This document shows, piece by piece, positions 40,132-51,110 of a stretch of 64,000 nucleotides of DNA. A program made the translations under genes and the position numbers. The DNA comes from Octopus vulgaris. Taxonomy: Eukaryota. The DNA lies in assembly GCA_951406725.2 (NCBI GenBank), contig OX597816.1, forward strand, positions 103,540,001 to 103,604,000, written 5' to 3'. Positions within the stretch are counted from its first letter, which is position 1, and each line of letters opens with the position of its first letter. The notes under the pieces were generated by a model that worked only from the letters and a program-made list of their open reading frames with translations, had not been told where the DNA came from and did not search any database.

Positions 40132-41029
40132 ACAGTTTTCAATGTAAGCAAATTGTTGAAGTGTGAGTGATAGCTTTCTTATTAGCCTATTTTGGTTATT
40201 ATTTAGATGGGAGAGCATGGGTACCATTTCAAATCAAATGCTTGAGTAGCACTTCATTGTAAGGTTAATAATGTATATAGGATTAACAGATGCTCGAAGC
40301 TAAATTATCTGGTTCTAAAGAAGTATAATCTCTATGACACAACTTTGTGGATGTTTTGTATGTATGGCTACATTGAGAAACATTTATAAGAAACGAAATT
40401 GTCTTAGCTACGTGTTATTCCTAATTAATGTGGGTATAATGTTGTGAGTTAGTTGTTGATTTTGAATTTATATTCTTTTTCATTATATTTTTTTTCCTGG
40501 GTAAATTTATGCTGAAATTGTTATTTTGACATTTCACAAATTGATATTTCATGGACATTTGTAATTTTACTGTCAAGCTTCCTTCATAAGTTCCTTGTTC
40601 AGTAACATGGTTTGTTGTAAAGAGCTAGACATTTAATAATTCCCCATTCTGTTTTAGGTAACTGATGATTACATTTCTCTAAAGATCAGTTAATTTTATA
40701 TTTTAAAAACAATTGTCGTCTCTTCTGTTTCATTAACATTTTCAAGATAGATCAAGGATATTGAAATTTATTTGTAAAAATTCTTAATAGTTATACAAAT
40801 GTTTTACTATTCTTCTCAATATATTTTATATGCCTGCCTGATTTGTTTCAACCAAAATACTATTTTATTACTATTTTTTTAAATTTCAAGATTTATCCAT
40901 TCAATAATATCAATTTTAGTAAAAGGTCATTAGTAGTAGTTAACATTTATTATTAGGTAACACACATTCAAGTATAGACATGCACACACACACACACAAT
41001 GGGATTCCAATTGTTATATAGGTCAAAGT

Positions 41030-41515
41030 TGTACAACACTCTCTTGTAGGCTCACCATGCATTCAATATAAGGAGCAACTCTTTTGGACAGTCTCCTTGT
41101 TTAAGTTGGTGGATGCTGCCATAATCCTTGCTGTCAGTTCATCTTTGATGTTTTGTTGGTCTCTTACTCAACTGTGCCCCACACGTAATAATCAAGGGGG
41201 TTGCAGTCTGGGGAGTCAGGTGGCCAGGTTTTAGGGGTGATGTGGTTGCAGAAATTATCTGACAGCCATAATTGGGTTCTCTTGCTTGTGTGGCATGGTG
41301 CAGAGTCCTGTTGCCAGACATAGGGATTCTAGCAGCCACCCTCTTGACCCAGGGCAGCTCTACCTCTACCAGGCACTTGATGTAGGCCTCTGTGTCGAAT
41401 GGGAAGCCATGTGGGAAGATAAATGGAGGCATAACATTGCCATCATTAGTAATCAGTCCAAACACCATGATATTGATTTTTATCACTTTTGGTACACACC
41501 CTCACATTGACACCC
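41030..41515 (-). mobile_element. Tc1/mariner transposase relic, DD37D (maT-type)
   Basis: IMVFGLITNDGNVMPPFIFP... and, after a frameshift, YVWQQDSAPCHTSKRTQLWLSDNFCNHITPKTWPPDSPDCNPLDYYVWG, with 37 residues between the second and third Asp. Confidence 0.85.
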
Positions 41516-42209
41516 AAACACTATGAAATGTTCACAGTTTGTTGGTTCCTCGTCAGGGAAACGTTGTTGTGTTGCATTTGTTAAATAATTGTAAACCGTA
41601 ACCCTCCCCCTTTCGGAGAAGGGGCTTTGGTTATTGTTTAAAAATTGAATTGTGCCCCTGTTTGGGGAAATTGACAATATTTTCACCGTCTTTACGGAAG
41701 CATTTTTGTTAAAATGCCTTCGATAGAAGAAAGTCCAAAAATGAATTTCGCTGCAGCCGTACACTTCTATACAGGAGGGAGGACAAGATCCAATTGATCG
41801 AAATTGCAAGAGACAGGCCTACAATTCCAGTCTGTTATATATTTTGAGTATTGTTATCACTAGCGATATCAAGATATAACTTTGTATTTTGTATTTTATG
41901 TGTAGATGTATATATATATATATAGATGTACATGTAATATGTACACATATATATATACACATATATATATACACATATATACTTGCATAATATATCTACC
42001 CATACACACATGCACTCACACACACACACACACACACATACATAGGGGCAGGTGTGGCTGTGTGGTAACAAACTACGTTCCAAACACATGGTCCTGGGTT
42101 CAGTCCCACTGTGTGGTGACTTGGCATGTGTCTTTTGCTGTAGCTTCAGACCAACAAAAGCCTTCTCAGTGGATTTTGTACATATGCACAGGCATACATA
42201 CATGTATAA

Positions 42210-42756
42210 ACATGCTTCTGATCTCAGAGATGCTGTCCTTCGCTCACCTCTATTTCTATCTGTTCATCATCAAACCACCAGCCTCATCTTCTATATCCAA
42301 CGTACATGACACATCTACCCTCTCACTGTTAAAGTTTACATAAGCGACAACACGATCGCAACATACACTTTGGAAACTAAGCAACAGATCATTTTATACA
42401 ACAACAAATTTATAACACAGCATGAAGTTTTGTAACAGCACATCCGCTGCCGTTCGTGGAAAACGAAGAGACCCTATTCACCTGCAAACGTTTTACACCG
42501 CCTTCCACGGCTATCAAATTCCTACAATTATGAGAACAATAACTTGGCTCTTTTCAAGGCAACCTTGCATTCAATTCTTACACCATTCTACGAGGGAGTA
42601 GGAACCCCTTTACACGGCTTTCTTTACACTTACAAATACATTAATTCGCCGTAAACTTATATCAATATTTGCCTGAATAATCATCATAATTCAGTGCAAT
42701 CATTAACAGTACTTTCAAGCAATTCAGCCCCGAGCATCGCCGGGCAATTCTGCTAG
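42210..42756 (+). mobile_element. Helitron-like element 3' end
   Basis: GC-rich hairpin cccg-agcatcgc-cggg (42729-42744), then CTAG (42753-42756) 8 nt later, followed by T; 5' boundary uncertain. Confidence 0.55.
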
Positions 42757-42900
42757 TGTATATATATATATATGCGTATATATATATGCTGCAATTTTTG
42801 CAACTTGTAATAAAGCCTGTCTTTGTATGAAACAATTGTACTAAAAACTAATCCATTCTTGTTGCTTCTTTCTCGTATATATATATATATATATATATAT

Positions 42901-43311
42901 TCTCTTTCTCTTTTCTCTTTTACTTGTTTCAGTCATTTGACTGTGGCCATGCTGGAGCACCGCCTTTAGTCAAGCAAATCGACCCCGGGACTTATTCTTT
43001 GTAAGCCCAGTACTTATACTATCGGTCTCTTTTGCCGAACCGCTAAGTGACGGGGACGTAAACACACCAGCATCGGTTGTCAAGCAATGGTAGGGGGACA
43101 AACACAGACACACAAACACACACACACATACATATATATACATATATACGACAGGCTTCTTTCAGTTTCCGTCTACTCAATCCACTCACAAGGCATTGGT
43201 CGGCCCAGGGCTGTAGCAGAAGACACTTGCCCAAGATGCCACGCAGTGGGACTGAACCCGGAACCATGTTGTTGGTTAGCAAGCTACTTACCACATAGCC
43301 ACTCCTGCACC
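42901..43311 (-). mobile_element. tRNA-derived SINE family A, full length (CORE-like centre, internal TA/TG tract)
   Basis: A box tggctatgtggt, B box ggttcagtccc, gtggcatcttgggcaagtgtctt, 3' gactgaaacaagtaaaag. Confidence 0.9.
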
Positions 43312-43457
43312 TATATATATGCGTATATATATGTATATATATGTGTGTGTATATATATATATATATGCGTATATATATATATATGTGTGTGTGTATATAT
43401 ATATATGCGTATATATATATATGTGTGTGTGTGTGTATGTATATATATATGTATGTG

Positions 43458-43534
<77 letters not shown>

Positions 43535-43758
43535 ATATGTCCTTCTGTCCAACATTCGCCATGATAGACCACTAGCCACTACACATTCTTTATTTTCTCT
43601 CCTTGTTTCCTTCTGTGCTCCTTTCTGTGGAAGAGTGTAGGCTCGAAATGTTAAAGACTTTTTCACTTCCCAAGCATTATACTAATACATTTGTTTGTTG
43701 TCTACACCACCTGTCTTCGTCTTTTGTTTTTTTTGTGAATTCTCCCTATATACATATA

Positions 43759-43809
<51 letters not shown>

Positions 43810-44079
43810 ATATAGGTTATAAGAGATAATGGCATCAATAAGACCCAAAGGTGTCAGGTAGTGCTGAGTAAGTGCTATGGATAGACCATAGGTAAGCTCC
43901 ATGTTTGGTGATTATGCGAATAAGGAGTCCAACGTAGGTCATATATCAGCATGTATATATATGACATATATTTATCTCATTCTGAAAAAAAAATTTTCTA
44001 TATATTTATATGTATACATATATATACATGTATATAAATAAATGAAAGAATGGAGTCGAACGAAGATGTTAACAAAATT

Positions 44080-44172
44080 CCTTTACTCTCGACATATGTT
44101 TCGAAGACAACATGGTTTCATTCCAAAGGAATAAAGGGTGCACTATGCAATCTTCTCATCAGGAAAGAAAGG
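44080..44172 (-). ncRNA. Minimal type-I hammerhead ribozyme (Penelope-like)
   Basis: cctttctttc-CTGATGA-gaaga...tcttc-GAAA-C-atat-GTC-gagag(t)aaagg; predicted cut between 44091 and 44090. Confidence 0.85.
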
Positions 44173-44910
44173 GAGCGTCTCTTGACAACAAGACAAACAA
44201 AAATTTCGATGACTGCCTACATGGTAAACAAAACGATAATGAGTGTTTTTAAAAAAACTGTTAGAAGAATTGACGTCAAAGATAGATAGTAGGAAGAGAA
44301 GGGTTAAAGGAATAATAGGTAGGGAACAAGTGGAGAGGGAAGGGTACGTTGATTGAAAGAATGTTTGAAGGCTTAGGAAAGAATTTCGCTATTGAAGTGG
44401 AGTGCACGTTAAGCTAATTGTTCAAACCACAGTGACTATCGTTATCATTTATATGAGTAGAAAGTATGTTTCTGCCAGTGTTTACATTTGTATGATTTTT
44501 CTATGAGTGTGTTTACAAGGGGAACCTTATATATACATATATATACATATATACATATATATATATGTGTGTATTGTATATATGTATGTATGTATATATA
44601 TATATGTATGTATATATATATGTATGTATGTATATATATATATATGTATATATGTATATATATATGTATATATGTATGTATGTATATATGTATGTATATA
44701 TGTATATATATATATATATGTATATATATAGATATATATTTATATATATATATATTTATATATAATATAAATATAAGAGAGTGGTCACTATATGGCTCAC
44801 TCTAGCACCAGTTAATCCAAAAGGTTTCAACCACAGAAATACATGTTTCCCATGAAAGTCAGTACGATTGTTAGCTCACACGGACAGGGCAAATAAAAAA
44901 TAACAAAATA

Positions 44911-45006
44911 CAGATTATCTTGGGACAATTGTTTCGCTATTAATGAATTAAATGTAATTTTACTTACAATAAAATCCACTTGTAGCTCTTCAGCCAAGAC
45001 TATCTG
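44911..45006 (-). ncRNA. Minimal type-I hammerhead ribozyme, left tandem copy
   Basis: cagat-ag-tcttgg-CTGAAGA-gcta-(43 nt)-tagc-GAAA-C-aatt-GTC-ccaaga-ta-atctg; predicted cut 44924/44923. Confidence 0.9.
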
Positions 45007-45444
45007 GATGAAATCCACTCAATCACACGCCAGATTTTACCATAACGATAAATACGCGTGTGGTTCAATTGATTACATCCGACGTTATAATTCAAATGCC
45101 CCAACTAACAGCGCGCCAAACTTTCACGGAAAACAAATACAGCATTTAGAAATAAATGCAGCATAATTATAATTAATTAATAAGGGTGAGAGAATTAGAT
45201 ACTAATTTAATAGTATATCTATTCAACACCAAGTGGCCTAGTGCTCCGAGAAACCTGGATTATTATAATATTTTATAATATATTATAATATTTTTACAAA
45301 ATAAATATAAGAGAGTGGTCACTATATGGCTCACTCTAGCACCAGTTAATCCAAAAGGTTTCAACCACAGAAATACATGTTTCCCATGAAAGTCAGTACG
45401 ATTGTTAGCTCACACGGACAGGGCAAATAAAAAATAACAAAATA

Positions 45445-45540
45445 CAGATTATCTTGGGACAATTGTTTCGCTATTAATGAATTAAATGTAATTTTACTTA
45501 CAATAAAATCCACTTGTAGCTCTTCAGCCAAGACTATCTG
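45445..45540 (-). ncRNA. Minimal type-I hammerhead ribozyme, right tandem copy
   Basis: Identical to 44911-45006; predicted cut 45458/45457. Confidence 0.9.
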
Positions 45541-45646
45541 GATGAAATCCACTCAATCACACGCCAGATTTTACCATAACGATAAATACGCGTGTGGTTC
45601 AATTGATTACATCCGACGTTATAATTCCCCTTATTAATTAATTATA

Positions 45647-45648
45647 TT

Positions 45649-45679
<31 letters not shown>

Positions 45680-45692
45680 ATATATAGATATA

Positions 45693-45747
<55 letters not shown>

Positions 45748-45900
45748 ATATATATGTATGTATATATATATGTATGTATATATATATGTATGTATATATA
45801 TATGTATGTATATATATATGTATGTATATATATATGTATGTATATATATATGTATGTATATATATATGTATGTATATATATATGTATATATATATATATG

Positions 45901-45952
<52 letters not shown>

Positions 45953-45960
45953 CATACATA

Positions 45961-46019
<59 letters not shown>

Positions 46020-46072
46020 ATATATATCTGTATATATATATATATATATATACATACACACATATATATATC

Positions 46073-46107
<35 letters not shown>

Positions 46108-46114
46108 ATATATA

Positions 46115-46146
<32 letters not shown>
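45647..46146. repeat. (TA)n/(TATG)n compound microsatellite (one of many between 25.8 and 51.1 kb)
   Basis: Directly visible. Confidence 0.95.
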
Positions 46147-46149
<3 letters not shown>

Positions 46150-46154
46150 TATGT

Positions 46155-46480
46155 GAAGGTACATGGCTCAGTGGTTAGAGCGTTGAGCTTACAAGCATGA
46201 GATTGTGATTTGGAATCCCGAACCTGGATGTGTGTTGTGTTCTTTAGCAAGGCATTTTATTCTATGTTGCTCCAGTTCACTCAGCTGTAGAAATGAGTTG
46301 CGATGTCACAGGTGCCAAGCTGTAATGGTCTTTGCCTTGGATAACACTGGTGGCATGGAGAGAGGAGGCTGGTATGCATGGGCGACTGTTGATCTTCCAT
46401 AAACAACCTTGCCCGGACTTGTGTCTGGGAGGGCAACTTTCTAGGTGCAACCCCATGGGAAGTCATGATTGAAAGGTCTC
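46155..46480 (+). mobile_element. SINE family D
   Basis: gaaggtacatggctcagtggttagagc...; homologous to 13006-13320. Confidence 0.85.
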
Positions 46481-46492
46481 AGCATATATGTA

Positions 46493-46558
<66 letters not shown>

Positions 46559-46920
46559 ATATATATGTATATATATATATATATTATTATATATATGTAT
46601 ATATATATATGTGTATATATATGTATATATATATGTATATATATATGTATATATATATATGTATATATATATGTATATATGTATATATATATATGTATAT
46701 ATATATGTATATATGTATATATATATATGTATATATATGTATATATATATGTATATTTATATGTATACACGGTTTAAGTAATTGAGATTCAAGTGAATTC
46801 TAATGAATTCACATGAATATGGTCCTTAACTAGAATGCACCGGAAATCTATATGGTGTTAACCATACGACAAGTGGGGTGATTACAAATAGGAAAAAAGC
46901 AACAAGAATGGATTAAAATA

Positions 46921-47004
46921 TCGGTACAATTGTTTCGTACGAGGACATCTTTAATAAGCTACAAAAAATGCAGTAAATATAGATGGCTCGTACTCGTCAG
47001 CCGA
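46921..47004 (-). ncRNA. Minimal type-I hammerhead ribozyme
   Basis: tcgg-CTGACGA-gtacgag-c-catct...agatg-tc-ctcgtac-GAAA-C-aatt-GTA-ccga. Confidence 0.88.
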
Positions 47005-48350
47005 AAAAACATCAGAGATTCCAAAACATCAAAAGGGGTAGATACAAATGAGAGTGTAGGTTTAACTGCATTGAAGAAAGTTTGATTCCTGGAGATCCGA
47101 TGTATATATGTATATATTTATATATTTATATATACATATGTGTGTATATATATATATATATATGTACACACATACACATGTATATGCATACATATATACA
47201 TACACATATTCACATGCTTGCATATATTGGTGAATTGGTAAAGTTGTTGGAATGTTGGACAGAATAACTTACCATACTTCCTCCTACTCTCTCTCTCTCT
47301 CTGCTTGTCTTCCATGAAAGAGGGAAAACCCTTGACTAAGCATATGCCTTGAAATGGAAAGTTTTGAGTGCAGATCCATAATTTCATAAGAGATAGAGAA
47401 GCCTCAGATTCCATCAGAACATTAGCTATGATATAATGATATAACTTTCGTTTCTCATTTTTTCTCTGATATTTTTCTTTTTATATTATATGTATCTATG
47501 AGGTTATAATGTCATTTTTTGTCCTTGTATGATGATATGTTCTGCTTAGTCACTGGAATTGCATTGTCCCCAAGAGACTGCAATTCTTTTGGTTTAAAGA
47601 AAAAAGAAAATATCTAGCAATCTTTATTCTGGCTCAAAACACCACTTTACTTTTTGCATCTTAGTGTTGTTGGAAAATGACATTTAGAGAGAGAACGGTT
47701 AGATAGTTTCCTCTGAAGTTCTTCTTCCTGCTGTTGAAAATTTCTGATAAAAAAATTATATCTACCTGCCTGCCTGCCTGTCTGTTCATCTAGCCATCCA
47801 TCCATTCAGTCATCCAACAACCAATCAATCAGTCAAATACAAGAGCAAGTAAAAAAGCATGTACTTAATACATATAATACAGTTTATAAAATTTGTTCCA
47901 GCCTGAGCTATTCTGCTTCCCTATTCTAACTTTTATATGTCACAGTGAAACCTGGAAACATGATATTCTTAATAGTAATGGAATTGGAGGAAAGTCTGAG
48001 CTTTGGTACTTCGTTTTTGCATCTGGTTTGCAAGATTCTTTATGTGAATTCATGTATAGGAAATTTGGTGGATAGGAATTATTCAGCAGCCTATTATGTA
48101 CATATGTATGTGTATGTGCTTATATATATATATATTAAACTTTTACTGGGTAAAGGTTGACAGTGACTTTGCAGTTTCAACTTTCTTGCCTCCTTCAGAC
48201 TTCAAAGTCAGTATCAACCTGTTCTTTGTAAAAGTTTAATAAACATGAACTCTACTAAAAGTATTGACTAATCCTTCAGTTAAATGTTAAGTTGTTTTTA
48301 TACATAACTTGACATAAAAATAACTATTAACTTTTAATACATATATCTAT

Positions 48351-48517
48351 GTAGGAGAGGCTGTGTGGTAAGTAGCTTCCTTACGAACCACATGGTTCCG
48401 GGTTCAGTCTCACTATGTGGCACCTTGGGGAAGTGTCTTCTACTATAGCCTCGGGCCAACCAAAGCCTTGTGAGTGGATTTGGTAGACGGAAACTGAAAG
48501 AAGCCCGTGTATATATG

Positions 48518-48548
<31 letters not shown>

Positions 48549-48749
48549 TTGTGTGTCTGTGTTTGTCCTCCTAACATCACTTGACAACTGATGCTGGTAT
48601 GTTTACGTCCCCGTAACTTAGCGGTTTGGCAAAAGAGACCAATAGCATAAGTACTAGGCTTACAAAGAATAAGTCCTGGGGTTGATTTGCTTGACTAAAG
48701 GCGGTGCTCTAGCATGGCCACAGTCAAATGACTGAAACAAGTAAAAGAG
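48351..48749 (+). mobile_element. SINE family A, full length
   Basis: Reverse-complement homologue of 42901-43311. Confidence 0.9.
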
Positions 48750-49680
48750 TGTGTGTGTGTGTTATCGGGTAGCTATTATTTTTCACCGAGTTGTATACTA
48801 TTTGTGAGTACTCTTAACTGTGATGTAGCTGAGCAACCTTAATTGAAATAGCTTACAAATCTCCATCATATCACTCCCTCTCACCTTAACCCTTTAGTAT
48901 TTAAATTGACCATATTTTGCTTCTTTTACATTTAAATTGGCCAGATCCAACATCTTACATATACCCTACAATGTCTTTCTAAAAATAAACTACCGCATCA
49001 AAATTTTGAAGCTATAAGATTAATTCAAAACAATGTGAATAAATAAGTATTACGTTTGACAGAATAATCTGAATGCTAAAAGGTTAAGAGGTGAAAGACA
49101 TAGAAGATAATGTTGTCTTTTAGGCACACAACCTGAAAGAAGAAATGGGATGAGTAATTACAGCTGGAAGGATTTTGGTCATAGGGTTGCTCCGTTAGGT
49201 CAAATCTGAGGCTAAGCAACAACAGCAGTGTACTATCTGATATAGTCTCCCTGTTATCAGTGTAACCTATTGGTTTATGGATTTTGGAGAGCATCCCCTA
49301 TTCATGTTTTAAAAGAACTAGTATATAGACAATTTTGGGGAGATGATGTTTTGGGAATAGAGAATGTGAGGGAATATAAGTGATTCTGTATATATGTATG
49401 TAAGAATGTCTTTGTGTGTTTGGTGTCTGTACATCTGTGAGTAAACAGTAGTAAAAAAAAAGAAAGAGGATTATTAAAAGAAAAGAAAAAAAATAATTGT
49501 TGTAAGCAGATTATATGAAGAAAGTAATATAAAGTTGCAGATCAAGTAAATATGCTATATCACAGATGTTAAAAATATCAGCTTGTATATATGTATGCGT
49601 TTATATATATATATATATGTATATACATATGAAAATGAGATGACAAAGGAATAATAGATAAATTGCACTTTATATTCAAG

Positions 49681-49759
49681 GCTTCGATGAAGCTATAAAG
49701 TATTACTCAGGCACTCAACTATAAGTCCACTGCATCTTATAGCAGAAACAGCTGGAAGC
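49681..49759 (+). ncRNA. Decayed hammerhead motif
   Basis: gct-tcgatga-a-gctataa...ttatagc-a-GAAA-C-agct-GGA-agc: core and cleavage triplet mutated, palindromic loop III retained. Confidence 0.5.
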
Positions 49760-49934
49760 TAATGAAGTTCATATGATAATCGTTTATTCCTTTGTTCTCT
49801 CATTTTCTTACTACAGCTCTGTACTCGACTAACGCTTTGTTTTGAAGCATACGTATACTGAGTTCTACACCAGGTTATTAGCCTCACAAAGCTTCTGTGA
49901 AATATATATATATGCATGTGTGTGTGTGTGTGTA

Positions 49935-49966
<32 letters not shown>

Positions 49967-49975
49967 GTTATGTTG

Positions 49976-50083
49976 TATTTGCCTGAGGAAACACAACTAG
50001 ATCTCATTTTGCAAACAAACAGTTGCATAATTAAATACCTGTATTCTTGAAGAATTAGTGTGTTGAAACAATTGTAGCAAATA
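49976..50083 (+). ncRNA. Minimal type-I hammerhead ribozyme
   Basis: tatttgc-CTGAGGA-aacaca...tgtgtt-GAAA-C-aatt-GTA-gcaaata; 7-bp stem I; predicted cut after 50076. Confidence 0.85.
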
Positions 50084-50134
50084 ATAAACAAATGTCCAAC
50101 TGTATTCCCTCTTCTTGACTCCAATTTCTCCAAT

Positions 50135-50250
<116 letters not shown>

Positions 50251-50253
50251 CAT

Positions 50254-50288
<35 letters not shown>

Positions 50289-50451
50289 CATGCACACACA
50301 CTTATTAAAGTTATTAGAATTGTTTAACCATCAACTTATCAGAGTCCTGACTGAGCAGGTTTCTTGTTACACATGTTACAAACATAACTGTCCACTCTTT
50401 CTTTCAGTCATTGAGTAACTAAGGTTATGTTATCTATTGCATTGTCCTTTT

Positions 50452-50925
50452 TCACTGCCTTGTTTCACTACCTTGTAGCATGGCAGTTTGTACACAGGCA
50501 TCATACAGTCTGCCTTTCACTCTGAGCAAGAGGCTTTTTGTTACCAGCAGAGGTAGGAACTCTCTGAACTTTGCCCAGCCTATTCTTATTCTAGCAGCTA
50601 CACTCTCAGAGAAGCCACCCCTGCTACTGACTTGGTCACATAGGTAACAGAAGCTATTGACTACTGGCAGAAACGTTAGCACTCTGGGCGAAATGCTTAG
50701 CAGTATTTCATCTGCTGTTACATTCTGAGTTCAAATTCCGACGAGGTTGACTTTGCCTTTCATCCTTTAGGGGTCGATAAATGAAGTACCAGTTACACAC
50801 TGGGATTGATGCAATCGACTTAATCTCTTTGTCTGTTTGTCCCCTCTATGTTTAGGCCCTTGTGGGCAATAAAGAAAAAAGAAACTATTGACTACTTTTA
50901 GTTTTCCCTCTGGTATGTGATGGAA
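50452..50925 (-). mobile_element. RTE fragment interrupted by a family B SINE (about 50664-50880, +)
   Basis: SESVAARIRIGWAKFREFLPLL; TSD ctattgactact at 50654-50665 and 50885-50896. Confidence 0.85.
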
Positions 50926-50940
50926 TATATAAACATATAT

Positions 50941-51021
50941 ATCTATCTATCAATCTACCTACCTACCTACCTACCTACCTACCTACCTACCTACCTATCT
51001 ATCTATCTATCTATTTATCTG

Positions 51022-51110
<89 letters not shown>

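Larger units (their letters stand above)
44767..45627 (-). repeat. Head-to-tail duplication: 327-bp direct repeats (44767-45093, 45301-45627), period 534
   Basis: Copies look identical by eye; the two 63-aa ORFs in the track are identical and offset by 534. Confidence 0.95.

Noticed and set aside
44827-45552. Two identical 63-aa ORFs (MDFIQIVLAEEL...)
   Set aside because: By-product of the 534-bp duplication; non-ATG start, no recognisable motif, and it overlaps the ribozyme.
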